A DNA stretch of 64,000 bases from an uncultured Nitrospirales bacterium (GCA_964620045.1 CAZUJL010000011.1:31477-95476); one strand, 5' to 3'; positions 18,296-28,253 are shown, numbered from the stretch's first letter. Made by a program: numbers and translations. Notes: generated from the letters alone by a model not told the origin.

Positions 18296-20164
18296 TTAGT
18301 CCTCTTTCGTCGGCCCGACGAGCAGCCCTTCGCCAACACCCTCCGGCAGCGGGCGATTGCCTATCAGTAGGTATTTCTCGCGCGCATAGGGCCCGCCCAG
18401 CACGGTAAAACTGTCCGCTCCCGCGGCCGCTTCCAGCTCTTTGAGCTGCCGCTGGCGGAAGAAGTAGTAGTACGGTTCATCGCCGTGCAACGCTTCGCCC
18501 ACCTTCGCGAAATCCGGCTGCAGCGGGATGAGCGTGCGCACATAGAACGCGACCGGGGCGCGCACGACGAAGGCCTCGACCTTATCGCCGCGATCGTGAA
18601 GCTCGCGCATCGTCACGCCGAGCGCGCGTGGTGATTCGAGGCCCTGGTAGTGATACGACTGCATCACGAGACCTTGCGTCACACCGATCAGCGTCAATAC
18701 GGCCACGCCCAATGGCCGGCGCGCCGGACGCCACAGCATCGGCGCGACGCCGAGCGCCACAGCGGCGAAAATCCATTCCTCGATCACCAGCGAGGTCTTG
18801 CCGCCTTCGGTGACTGTGGCAAAGATCGCAACGCCAACCGAACCCGCCGCCAGCAACGGGAGCAGTGCTGCGGCCCAAATCCGAAAAACGCGGTCTGGCC
18901 AGCCCGGCACGCCGAGCGCCAGTGCATTCACAAGCCCCCCGAACGCGATCGCCATTACGGGATAGGCCGAGAGAACATAGTCCCCTTCCTTGCCCGCGAT
19001 GAGCGAGAAAATCGCGATCGACACGATCGCGGTCAGCCCGCTCGTGCTCCATGCGGGCGCGGCCGCCGCGTCGCGCACGGATTTCGAAAACACCAGCGGC
19101 GTTAACAAACACCACGGCGCCATATTGGCCAAAAAGCCGATGAGGTAGAAGAAATGCGAGCCGCTGTTGATCTCGGTGGCGACGTAGGTGCGGTCCACCG
19201 CCTGATCGTGCAGCAGCGACTGCCAGTAGTCCCACCCCAGCGCGCGCACGGCGAGCAAAAACCACGGCGCCGCGATCACGATGCCGATGCCGGCCACGGC
19301 CCCAAGCACACCCAGCCGACGCAGCCGATCCGCCGGGCCATGCCGAAACGCGAACCACAGCCACAGCGTCGCCGTGGCGATCAGTCCGTAGGGCGGCGTC
19401 AATACGCTGTGAAGCAACGCCGGCGCATTCTGCGGCACGAGGGCGTGGACGAGATTCAGCACCCAATCGGCGACGAAAAAAATCAGGGTTGCGATCAGCC
19501 CCGTGCGCGCGGTCTGCGCCGATCGCGGTCCGTGCACAATCGCGTGGATCGCCCACGCCGGAATGACAAACAAGGCCGCGACGGGGCCCTTCAGCAGAAT
19601 CGCCGCGCCGAAGGCCAGGCCGGCGGCCACTGTCCAAAATATCCGGCGCGTTTGCGTCTCCAGCGCCGTCCACATCCACAGGATCGCGAGGGTGGTGGTG
19701 AACGCGAGCGGCATATCCAGATCGCACACGCGCGAGCGCTGCAACACGATGGGCGTCGCCGCGGCCACCACGGCCGACCACAAAGCCGCGCGTTGGCCCA
19801 GCGTCCGCCGCGCATACCAATACACGGCCACAATCGTGAGCACGCCGCTGAGGGCATTCGGCACGCGCGCGATGAATTCGTTGATCGTGCCCGTGAGCCA
19901 GTACAACGCCGCGAGCGTCCAGTACAGCAGCGGCGGCTTGACGATGTAGACCTCGCCGTTGATCCGCGGCACGATGAAGTCGCCGGTCTGCAGCATTTCG
20001 ATGCCGGGCACGGAGCGCTGGCCTTCGTAAATAATCGTGACGTCTGCCCGGCCGAGCTCGAAGAAAATCGCCACGGCGCCCGCCGTCACAATTGCCCACA
20101 CCGCCCAGCGGCCGAAAGGGTGCGCGGGCGAGGCACTGGCGGGTGCGGAATCGGATGCGGACAC
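18296..20164 (-). CDS. GT39/GT83-type (ArnT/PMT-like) membrane glycosyltransferase
   Basis: Polytopic membrane protein with more than 10 TM helices. Family recognised from overall architecture and loop motifs. Confidence 0.6.
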   Translation of the reverse strand: MSASDSAPASASPAHPFGRWAVWAIVTAGAVAIFFELGRADVTIIYEGQRSVPGIEMLQTGDFIVPRINGEVYIVKPPLLYWTLAALYWLTGTINEFIARVPNALSGVLTIVAVYWYARRTLGQRAALWSAVVAAATPIVLQRSRVCDLDMPLAFTTTLAILWMWTALETQTRRIFWTVAAGLAFGAAILLKGPVAALFVIPAWAIHAIVHGPRSAQTARTGLIATLIFFVADWVLNLVHALVPQNAPALLHSVLTPPYGLIATATLWLWFAFRHGPADRLRRLGVLGAVAGIGIVIAAPWFLLAVRALGWDYWQSLLHDQAVDRTYVATEINSGSHFFYLIGFLANMAPWCLLTPLVFSKSVRDAAAAPAWSTSGLTAIVSIAIFSLIAGKEGDYVLSAYPVMAIAFGGLVNALALGVPGWPDRVFRIWAAALLPLLAAGSVGVAIFATVTEGGKTSLVIEEWIFAAVALGVAPMLWRPARRPLGVAVLTLIGVTQGLVMQSYHYQGLESPRALGVTMRELHDRGDKVEAFVVRAPVAFYVRTLIPLQPDFAKVGEALHGDEPYYYFFRQRQLKELEAAAGADSFTVLGGPYAREKYLLIGNRPLPEGVGEGLLVGPTKED

Positions 20165-20307
20165 GCGGGATCTCCGCGCGCGTTATACCGCTTGGGGCCG
20201 CGCGCGCTCAACACCCGCCGCCCGATTCGCGCGAAATCCGCAGGCTTTTCGCGGGGCCATTCGCGCCGCTATGATGCGGGATTCGGATTGATGCCAAGGA
20301 GAACACC

Positions 20308-21510
20308 ATGCCGGCGCTCGACGGTTTACGCATTCTCGACATGACGCAATACGAAGCGGGCACATCGTGCACGCAGGCGCTCGCGTGGCTCGGCGCCGAC
20401 GTCGTCAAGATCGAAAAGCCCGGTGTGGGCGATCCCGGCCGCGGACTCGACCTCGGCCTCTTCGAGGACGCCGAATATTTCGTCAACTGGAACAGCAACA
20501 AGCGCAGCGTGACGCTGAATCTCGATTCCGCCGAAGGCCGCGCGATCCTGCTCAAAATGCTGCCGAAGTACGACGTGTTCGTGGAGAATTACGGCCCCGG
20601 CGTGATCGAAAAAATGAACCTCGGCTACGACGTCATGAAGGCCGTGCATCCCGGAATCATCTACGGGCGCATCAAGGGTTTCGGCACCAGCGGACCGTAC
20701 GCGAAGTACAAGAGTTTCGACGTCGTCGCGCAGGCGGCCTCGGGTGCGCTTTCGACCACGGGCGAAGCCGGCGGCCCGCCCACGCGCAACGGCCCCACGA
20801 TCGGCGACGTCGGCACGGGCGTGCAGATGGCGCTCGCGATTACGGCGGCCTATGTGCAAAAGCTGCGCACCGGCGCCGGCCAGCTCATCGAGATCAGCAT
20901 GCAAGAGGCTGTGACGTACTTCATGCGGACAACCATGGCGCTCGGCTCCAAGTGGGGTACGCGCCCGGCGGAGCGCCGTGGCAACGGCATCAACCCGGTC
21001 ATCAACCTCTACCCGTGCACGCCCTTCGGCCCGAACGATCACGTGTACATCATGTGCGTGACGCAGCGACTCTTCGAACGGCTCTGCACCGTCATCGGCC
21101 GCGAAGACTTGCTCACGGATCCGCGCTTCGCGCAGCCCAAGGCGCGCCGCGAGCACGCCGACGCGCTGCGCGCGGAACTCGAAAAATGGACACGTCCGCG
21201 CACGAAGCGCGAGGCGATGCACATTCTGTGCGAGGGCGGCGTCCCGGCGAGCGCGGTCTTCGACACGACGGACCTCTTCAGCGATCCGCACCTGCAGTCC
21301 CGCGGGTTTATCCACAAGATCCCGCACGAGGCGCTTGGCGAGATTCCGCTCCTCGGCTGGCCGGCGCGGCTGTCCGAAAGCCATGTGCCCATCACGGCCT
21401 CGCCGCTGCTCGGCAAACACACGGCGGAGGTGATGGCCCAGGACCTGGGCCTGACCGAGGCCGAAATCGCCCTTCTGCGCGACGCCGGCACTCTCGGCAA
21501 CGAGCGCTAA
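20308..21510 (+). CDS. CoA-transferase family III (CaiB/BaiF/Frc-like)
   Basis: N-terminal LDGLRILDMTQYEAGTSCTQALAWLGADVVKIE and the conserved GRxKxxG region. AAGGAG RBS before the ATG. Confidence 0.8.
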   Translation: MPALDGLRILDMTQYEAGTSCTQALAWLGADVVKIEKPGVGDPGRGLDLGLFEDAEYFVNWNSNKRSVTLNLDSAEGRAILLKMLPKYDVFVENYGPGVIEKMNLGYDVMKAVHPGIIYGRIKGFGTSGPYAKYKSFDVVAQAASGALSTTGEAGGPPTRNGPTIGDVGTGVQMALAITAAYVQKLRTGAGQLIEISMQEAVTYFMRTTMALGSKWGTRPAERRGNGINPVINLYPCTPFGPNDHVYIMCVTQRLFERLCTVIGREDLLTDPRFAQPKARREHADALRAELEKWTRPRTKREAMHILCEGGVPASAVFDTTDLFSDPHLQSRGFIHKIPHEALGEIPLLGWPARLSESHVPITASPLLGKHTAEVMAQDLGLTEAEIALLRDAGTLGNER

Positions 21511-21517
21511 AAACGAA

Positions 21518-21556
21518 GAGGCGCCCGCGCGATGCGGGCGCCTCGTGCTTTTTCTG
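21518..21556. terminator. Bidirectional rho-independent terminator (11-bp stem GAGGCGCCCGC/GCGGGCGCCTC; T-tracts on both strands)
   Basis: Between the convergent CoA-transferase gene (+) and cytochrome c gene (-). T5 follows on the + strand; on the - strand the stem is followed by TTCGTTTTTTA (T-rich). Confidence 0.65.
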
Positions 21557-21565
21557 TAGTCGCGA

Positions 21566-23104
21566 TTACTTCGCGAGTTCGCCAGGGATCGTGATTGTCT
21601 GGCCGTTGCCGATGGGCAGCGTCAGTTTCAGCGCGTCGCCCTCGACGGTGCCGGCGATGGACATCGGATCCTGACCGGGAACCATCGCGGTGCCGGTGAA
21701 GCTGGTGCCGGTCCACACGATGTCCTTCACGGCGGCGCGGCCGACGATCTGGCCGAACTTCACGTACCAGCCGCCTTCGCCCGATTTCGGGATGTGCAGC
21801 GCGCTCGGCTCAAGCTGCGGGCCGTTCGCCTGGATCATTACTTTGAAGACATCGCCCGGGTGCGCCGCGGCGAGTTCCGCGAGCTTCGCGATCACGGGGC
21901 TGTCGGCGGTCGCGTCTTTCGGACTCACGCCTTCGGCCACGACATAGTCCACGAAGCCGATCATCATTTCGTCGTACGACTCGGGACCGAAGCTGATGTC
22001 TTTGGTCGGGTCCGGGTTGTGCGGGTTGTTCGACGAGTTGTCCCAGTGCGCGACGCAATCGATGCGCGAACCCTTCGGCACGGACACCGGCTCGTCGAAT
22101 TCATACACCGTCTGCCAGTTGAAGTCGTACTTGCTCACCTTGAGCAGGTCGCGCGTCTGGCCGTCGGGCGTCGTCAGCGTGTAGCTGAAATCCTTGCCAC
22201 GGTAGTGCATGTGCGGTGTCAGCGTGTGAATGATGCTGTCCTGCGCGAAGGTGAAGGTCGAAGTCGCTTCGTAGTTCGAATCGCCGGCCGGGATGCGGAA
22301 ATCGGCGTTCATCACCCACAGGTTGACGAGCTCCTTCTGCACGTCCTTCGCCTCGGCGAAGTGCAGGCCCACGCGCGTCTTGTCTTTCGTCGCTTCGCCG
22401 GTCAGGTGGTAGTGCATGTCGCCCACGATCGGCTGGCCCTTCTTCAGCAGGCGCGCCGTGCCATCGGGGAAGGAATCCGGGCCCGCGCCCGCGGCCCACG
22501 CGCTGATCCAGCCGTTCGGGTTGCCCTGGCTGCCCTGCCACAGGATCACGTGGTGCACGACCTTCGAGTTGCCCGGGAGAATTTCCACGCCCGTGATCCA
22601 CTTGTCTTCGGCGAAGTCTGTCTTGCCGACGAGGTTGTAGAACTCATCCGAACCGGTCGCCGGGAGATCGATTTCATCGAAGGTCACGACGTAGTCCGGT
22701 TCGCCCAACTGCCATTCGCCCGTCGGGAATTTCGGGGCCACGGGGAGGTCAGACTTGTTGCCTTCCGGCGCGCCGGCCTTCGCCCATTCGAGGATCAGAT
22801 CTTTTTCATCCTGCGTGAGCGAGCGATCGTTCGAGAAAGGGCCAAAGCCTTTGTCGGCATGCCACGGGGGCATCACATTGTCGCCGACATTTTTCTGAAT
22901 CGCCTTCACCCACGGCCGGACTTCGTCGTAGCTCAGGAGCGACATCGGACCAATCTGGCCCGGGCGGTGGCACTCGACGCACTTGGCGTTCATAATCGGC
23001 GCGACGTCTTTGCTGTAGGTCGGCTTCGCGGCGTCAGCGGTCCCGCCGATCAAACCAGCCGCGCCCACCGTGCACGCCGCCACTATTCCCTGAATCGCTT
23101 TCAT
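21566..23104 (-). CDS. Secreted cytochrome c (CxxCH) / copper-monooxygenase-like fusion; paralog of 6144..7412 with an extra roughly 110 aa C-terminal domain
   Basis: Signal peptide, KDVAPIMNAKCVECHRP, the VVHHV / MHYH / PHMHYRGK clusters, and YDFNWQT...WDNSSNNPHNPDP. It is collinear with the protein from 6144..7412. Confidence 0.6.
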   Translation of the reverse strand: MKAIQGIVAACTVGAAGLIGGTADAAKPTYSKDVAPIMNAKCVECHRPGQIGPMSLLSYDEVRPWVKAIQKNVGDNVMPPWHADKGFGPFSNDRSLTQDEKDLILEWAKAGAPEGNKSDLPVAPKFPTGEWQLGEPDYVVTFDEIDLPATGSDEFYNLVGKTDFAEDKWITGVEILPGNSKVVHHVILWQGSQGNPNGWISAWAAGAGPDSFPDGTARLLKKGQPIVGDMHYHLTGEATKDKTRVGLHFAEAKDVQKELVNLWVMNADFRIPAGDSNYEATSTFTFAQDSIIHTLTPHMHYRGKDFSYTLTTPDGQTRDLLKVSKYDFNWQTVYEFDEPVSVPKGSRIDCVAHWDNSSNNPHNPDPTKDISFGPESYDEMMIGFVDYVVAEGVSPKDATADSPVIAKLAELAAAHPGDVFKVMIQANGPQLEPSALHIPKSGEGGWYVKFGQIVGRAAVKDIVWTGTSFTGTAMVPGQDPMSIAGTVEGDALKLTLPIGNGQTITIPGELAK

Positions 23105-23267
23105 CCAATCTTTCCTCCAAAAGTCCCACGCGGGAACGCTGGCCAGTGTAACACCCTTGGCCCGCTAAAGTTTCGTATTCACGGGCCTTTTCGTTAGACG
23201 CGCGACCGTAAACAAGGGTTTCACGCAGAGGGATGACATTTCGTCACACTGGCGAATGGCGCGGAAA

Positions 23268-24971
23268 TTAGCGGTGTCGAATCCGCGCCAGCATCAACGG
23301 ATGCAGCAGGAACGGCAGCAGCGGCACTACCGAAATGCCCACCCACAGGGGCCAATTCATCGGGTGCGGAAATCGCTGCGCCCAATCTTTCGTGCCGGGC
23401 GGCACTTCCCACTGCACCATGGAATGCGCGAAGGCCCAGCTATATGCGAGCCACAGCGCGGCGCACACCCACGGCACGGCAGGGTGCAGCAGTCCGCGCC
23501 GGTTCGCCTGCCACGCGAGCACGAACAGGCCCAGCACCGCCAAACCTGCCCCCGCCCAATACGCGACGGGCGACCCCGTCGCTGCGTATTCCGTGGCCTT
23601 GGCAGGATCCAGCAGACCCACCAACGCACCGCCGAGCAACGCGCCGCGGAGCGGCACAAGCAGAATCAAAAAAGCGCCCGCGGCGAAGAGGTAGCTCGCC
23701 GGCCATGCGCACGCCCACATGAGCACGTACAAGAACCCGAAGTGCATCGCCACCACAAGCGCCTGCGGCAGGTGCGTGTAACCCTGGTGCAGGAACGCGC
23801 CGAAGCCGGTGGACTCACCCTGCGACCGCACGAATGCCTCGATCGCGAGCACGATGCCGGCGAGTTCCATCAGCGCGAGCAGCCCGCCGACGCCAATCAC
23901 GATCAGGCGCGCGTTCGAGATGCGGGTGAGCGTGAGTGGACGCGTGAGCAGATAACTCGAGTTCGAGTTCCAGTGGCCGCCGCGCATGAACAGCACGCCG
24001 CCGACCATCAATCCGCCCAGAAACGCGGCGAGGAACAGCCCCATCCACACGTACTGCGCGCTGGAGAACCAGTCGATGCGGAACAACGGCTCGCCGGAGG
24101 ACTTGCCGGTCACGTTCGTTGCGCGGAACAGCCCCACGACCAGCGGCATGCCGATGAAGTAGGCGGCCGCGGATCCGCCGACATAAATCGGCAGGAGCAG
24201 TCCGTATTGCCGCCATTCGAACCAAAACTGCGCCGCACGCGCGGAGCCGAAGGCGCGTCGTACACGAGTCTTCGCCACGGTCACGCTACGCCGCGGCAGA
24301 CTCGCCGCCCAGCCGCCGCGCCGCTGCACGACCAGTACGGCACACGTAAGTAGCGTCACAATGACCAGGGTCACACCGAACACGATCGCGCCCCGTGCGG
24401 GTGCGCTGCCGTCGAACAAGGTCCGCACCCAGGGCCGTTGCACGAGCGCGGCCAAGCTGCCGAAATACAGCACGAAGGAGACCAGCGCCACGCGCGGAGA
24501 GGCCTTGCCCATCGTGTAGGCCCAGAGCTGCGCGATCGGCATGAAGGCCATCGCGCCGAGCACGGGCTTCCACCACGTCATCTCTACCTTTAGCACGAAC
24601 GGCAACGGCACCGCCGCCGCGAGCGACACCACCGCGCCGACGGATGCGCCAAACGCGAGGTGGATAAGGGCCAATTTCCATGTGCGCAACGGCATGCGCA
24701 GCACACGATCCGGCAAGCCGATTATCAGGCGCTCCGCGTCGCTGTTGCTCAGGATCACGGCGGCCGCGCCGACGAGATTTGCGACGCCAATCAGCATCAG
24801 CGCGATCATGAAATCTTCGGAGGCGTCGCGGTTTTGCGCGCGCAACCCCTGCGCCTCGGCCAACCACAAGCCCACAAACGCCAGCGCAAGCCCCGCGAAC
24901 ACGATCAGGAGAATCTTGCGCACGCGCCGCCAGAGGCCGGCGTACAGCGTCCATACCGCGCGGTTCGCCAT
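23268..24971 (-). CDS. Polytopic membrane protein; probable ABC-2-type transporter permease
   Basis: At least 12 predicted TM helices. Its start overlaps the stop of the ABC ATPase gene immediately upstream. Confidence 0.55.
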   Translation of the reverse strand: MANRAVWTLYAGLWRRVRKILLIVFAGLALAFVGLWLAEAQGLRAQNRDASEDFMIALMLIGVANLVGAAAVILSNSDAERLIIGLPDRVLRMPLRTWKLALIHLAFGASVGAVVSLAAAVPLPFVLKVEMTWWKPVLGAMAFMPIAQLWAYTMGKASPRVALVSFVLYFGSLAALVQRPWVRTLFDGSAPARGAIVFGVTLVIVTLLTCAVLVVQRRGGWAASLPRRSVTVAKTRVRRAFGSARAAQFWFEWRQYGLLLPIYVGGSAAAYFIGMPLVVGLFRATNVTGKSSGEPLFRIDWFSSAQYVWMGLFLAAFLGGLMVGGVLFMRGGHWNSNSSYLLTRPLTLTRISNARLIVIGVGGLLALMELAGIVLAIEAFVRSQGESTGFGAFLHQGYTHLPQALVVAMHFGFLYVLMWACAWPASYLFAAGAFLILLVPLRGALLGGALVGLLDPAKATEYAATGSPVAYWAGAGLAVLGLFVLAWQANRRGLLHPAVPWVCAALWLAYSWAFAHSMVQWEVPPGTKDWAQRFPHPMNWPLWVGISVVPLLPFLLHPLMLARIRHR

Positions 24972-24974
24972 TGC

Positions 24975-25861
24975 TCAGAATCCCACGCGCGCCACGAAAA
25001 TGTCTTCGAGCGTCGGCCGTGATTCCTGCACGATTTTCGCACCCATTCGCGCGGCCTGCGCCTTCACGCCCTCCGCCGCGCCGTCGCACAGCACGCGCCA
25101 GGCCGTGCCCGCGCCGTCGCAGTGCAGCGCGCCGTCCAGCTTTGGCGCTTGTGTTTGCGCTTGCGGAAATTCGAGATGCAGGTGGCGGTGCGCGCTCAGA
25201 ATATTTTCGAGCCGATCGCACAGGAGCACCTTGCCGCGGTGGATGATCGCGACGTAGTCCGCGACGCGCTCCACTTCGTCGAGCAGATGCGACGAAAACA
25301 GAATCGTGCGGCCTTCGGCGGCCACGCTGCGCATCACGGCGCTTAGGATGTGCCGCCGCACGACGGGATCGAGGCCCGAAGACGGCTCGTCCAGGATCAG
25401 CAGTTCCGGCCGGTGCGCCAGCGCGCAGATGAGGCCGACCTTGGCCTTTTGCCCCTTCGACAGCGTGCCGATTTTCTGCGCCGGGTTCAGATCGAACCGC
25501 TCGCGCAATTCCTGCGCGAAGGTGTCGTCCCACTTCGGATATAGCCCGCGCGTGTAGCGCATTAACTCATCGACGCGCATCCAGCCCGGCAGATCGCGAT
25601 CTTCGGACAAATACCCTATGCGCCCGAGCGCGCCCTCCGGATCCGCGATCGGATCGCGGCCGAGCACGCGCACGGTGCCCTGCTGCGGTTTCAGCAGGCC
25701 GATCAAATGCCGGATCAGCGTCGTCTTGCCCGCGCCGCTCTCGCCCAGCAACCCGAATACGCACCCCGCCGGCACCTGCAGCGACACGTCGTCCGCCGCC
25801 ACCTTGCCCTTGTACACACGGCGCAGGTTCTGCACATCGATTACGGGTTGTTTATCTGGCA
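24975..25861 (-). CDS. ABC transporter ATP-binding protein
   Basis: Walker A GESGAGKTT, signature LSKGQKAKV, Walker B LLILDEPSSGLD. A GTG start with GGAG 7 nt upstream is proposed; the ORF tool extends it to 25916. Confidence 0.8.
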
Positions 25862-25954
25862 CAAAAGCTCCTCGAAAGCTGGCGCGACCGCCCAAAAGCG
25901 GCTTACTATTGCGCACGAACGGCCGGTGAATCCAGCCGCCGAAAGGAATGGGTG

Positions 25955-26239
25955 ATGTCCAAACCTCGCGTCGAAATCGTCTACTGCACGCAGTGCCGCT
26001 GGCTGCTTCGCGCCGCGTGGCTTGCGCAGGAACTGCTGACCACCTTCGAGCAAGAACTCGGCGAAGTGGCGCTCCAGCCCGGAACGGGCGGCGTCTTCGA
26101 GGTCCGCGCGCAAGGCCGGCTCGTATGGTCGCGCGTGGCCGACCACGGTTTCCCCGACGCCAAGGAACTCAAGCAGCGCGTGCGCGACGTCATCGCGCCG
26201 GAAAAGGACTTGGGGCATAGCGATACGCGGCCATCCTGA
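25955..26239 (+). CDS. SelW/SelT/Rdx-family small redox protein (CxxC variant)
   Basis: VEIVYCTQCRW motif at the N-terminus; about 95 aa. Confidence 0.6.
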   Translation: MSKPRVEIVYCTQCRWLLRAAWLAQELLTTFEQELGEVALQPGTGGVFEVRAQGRLVWSRVADHGFPDAKELKQRVRDVIAPEKDLGHSDTRPS

Positions 26240-26251
26240 GAAAAGCGACGG

Positions 26252-27160
26252 TTATTGCACCCCTTTGGGGTCCAACTCCGCCACGCGCCGGCGGCAGTCG
26301 TCGATCAAATCGATCATGGTGTCGAAGGACTTCCGCGTCTCGGGATTTTTGAACACAATCCTTCGTTGTTCCGGCTGTACCTTCCAGTCTCCCCAGTCGC
26401 CGATCAGGATATCCAGCAACGAGCCCACGTAACCCGTCATGAGCTGGTGAAGCTTGATGAGTTCGAGAATTTCGGAGTTGTTCCGCGATAGACCTCCGAC
26501 GAATTCCGTCCGGATCTTGGCGCGGGCGCTTGTGCCCACACCCCGCTGGATCAACCGCTCGTCGAGCACGGCCTCGATATCGGTAAAGTAGCGCGCGCAC
26601 TCCTCCGCGGCGCGCTCATGATTCGCCACGGCTTCCTTGTACGCCTCAAGCTCCTCCCGGGAAGTTATCTGCGTGACAATGTTGATGAGCATTTGCGTGG
26701 TGCGATCCGCTGTGCTCATCAGGTTGTTCACCGACTCGCGGATATCGTCCAAGAGTTCCCGCATTGCGGCGTACGCGCGGCCTTCGTCGATATCGTCGGG
26801 TGCCGTCGCATAGGGGTGTCCCGTCAGATATTTCTCGGTGTAGACAATCGGGTCCCAAGGGCCAATATTGCGGGCCGCGATCACGGCCCGCTCGATGCGC
26901 TCGGCGCGGACGTGGGCAACAGACCCAATGATCAGGATAATGCCGAGCAGAATCCCGACGCTGTATCCAACCTCCGCGGCGATCTCGCTGCGGTCGCTCA
27001 CCATCCACGCCGCCCCGCCGAGGATCAACGACAGAATGATCACTCCCGCGACCACGGCCGAAAGGAACGCGGCCGAACTGGCCGGCAGGGCGTCGCTGAG
27101 CAAAGGCACCACGGCCATCAGCAGGAGAAACAGGGTCAAGCTGGCGCTTACGATTCGCAT
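26252..27160 (-). CDS. Hypothetical membrane protein (3 N-terminal TM helices plus a helical soluble domain); paralog of 27549..28253
   Basis: Shares the C-terminal motif [IL]x[DE]WG[DN]W and a collinear helical segment with the downstream paralog. Confidence 0.55.
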   Translation of the reverse strand: MRIVSASLTLFLLLMAVVPLLSDALPASSAAFLSAVVAGVIILSLILGGAAWMVSDRSEIAAEVGYSVGILLGIILIIGSVAHVRAERIERAVIAARNIGPWDPIVYTEKYLTGHPYATAPDDIDEGRAYAAMRELLDDIRESVNNLMSTADRTTQMLINIVTQITSREELEAYKEAVANHERAAEECARYFTDIEAVLDERLIQRGVGTSARAKIRTEFVGGLSRNNSEILELIKLHQLMTGYVGSLLDILIGDWGDWKVQPEQRRIVFKNPETRKSFDTMIDLIDDCRRRVAELDPKGVQ

Positions 27161-27248
27161 GGGGTCGCTCTACGTTTCTACGAATCGTAACAATATACAG
27201 AAAAGGGGCCAGCGCGTTATCGCGCTGGCCCCTTTTAGACTTCGGTTT

Positions 27249-27420
27249 TTACGCCGCGACCGTGCTACCGCCGCGCACTTCGTCGCCGAAGCGCACCGAT
27301 ACGATTTGCGATACGCCGCGTTCCTGCTGGGTCACGCCGTACATGCCGGCAGCCTGCGCCATCGTCTGTTTGTTGTGCGTAATCACGACGAACTGGGTGT
27401 CGACCGTGAACTCTTCGACC
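27249..27420. repeat. Direct repeat copy A (~170 bp); partner at 28287..28458
   Basis: Aligned by eye: a core of about 150 bp differs at one position, with flanks becoming degenerate. Confidence 0.85.
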
Positions 27421-27452
27421 ACACTATGCAAATGCCGATGTTTACGATTCAT
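27249..27452 (-). pseudogene. Detached duplicate of the last ~57 codons of smc
   Basis: 27268-27417 is identical to 28306-28455 apart from one mismatch. It encodes the same C-terminal peptide as SMC (VEEFTVDTQFVVITHNKQTMAQAAGMYGVTQQERGVSQIVSVRFGDEVRGG). Confidence 0.7.
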
Positions 27453-27548
27453 CGCACCGGTTACGGTTTTGCGAATAGCACGGACGTTCTCCGCGCGCCT
27501 GTTAAAAAAAGTGCGCTTAGGTTGCAGCGTGCCTCCCGTTACCGATCC

Positions 27549-28253
27549 TCACGGGGCGGCTGCAGCTTCCTCCAGGAGTTTGACCTCTTGGCGTTTCGCA
27601 ACAACCAACGCTTGGGCTGCTTGTGCCTTTTCAAACAAAGCTTGGTACTTCGCGTGCATTTCAGAATCCGGGATCATGACTGCGACGTTTTCCCGGTCGA
27701 CAGACCAATTTCCCCATTCCTGGATCGCTAGCTTTAACATGCCCTGAAGGTGTGCCGCAAGATCAAGATTCGCGGCGCAGTATTCATTCACGAGCTGTTG
27801 ACCTTGGGGATCCTCCTTCGCATGCCATGCCGCCATTTCTGCCTGGCGGCGAGCGGGACTGATACCGTGCAATTGCATTTCCTGTTCCCAAGATTCACCG
27901 GCGGCGTTGTACGCTTGAATGAAACGCTGTGTTGCGGCTTCGAAGGTTTCGAGTCGTTGCAACGCCGTTTCGAGTTCCTCGCGTGAATCGGCAATCCCCA
28001 TGTTCACGTCCGGTTGGGCGACCACATCGTTCATGGCCGTCTTCCAATCGGACTTGAGTTGCGCGGCGCGTTTCTCCACTGCTGCAGCGGCAATAGCCAC
28101 GCGTTCATCGTCGATGTGTGTTTGCAGGGCTTCGTTAGCATCGCGGGATTGCTTCGCCGCATAGAACCAAAACGCGGCAGCCAATATAACTAGGACCGCA
28201 GTAGCGCAATTCGCGATGACATTGAGGCGTCGCATACCGCACCACCATGTCAC
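27549..28253 (-). CDS. Hypothetical membrane-anchored protein (1 TM plus helical domain); paralog of 26252..27160
   Basis: N-terminal TM helix and the motif AIQEWGNWSV (compare LIGDWGDWKV in the paralog). Confidence 0.55.
   Translation of the reverse strand: MTWWCGMRRLNVIANCATAVLVILAAAFWFYAAKQSRDANEALQTHIDDERVAIAAAAVEKRAAQLKSDWKTAMNDVVAQPDVNMGIADSREELETALQRLETFEAATQRFIQAYNAAGESWEQEMQLHGISPARRQAEMAAWHAKEDPQGQQLVNEYCAANLDLAAHLQGMLKLAIQEWGNWSVDRENVAVMIPDSEMHAKYQALFEKAQAAQALVVAKRQEVKLLEEAAAAP

Noticed and set aside
18582-20099. 505-aa ORF in an alternative frame inside the GT39 gene
   Set aside because: The Arg/Gly-rich translation is implausible; the TM-rich frame 18296..20164 is clearly the real one.
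20367-21674. 435-aa alternative-frame ORF within the CoA-transferase gene
   Set aside because: Arg-rich low-complexity frame; the CaiB/Frc-like frame 20308..21510 carries the conserved motifs.
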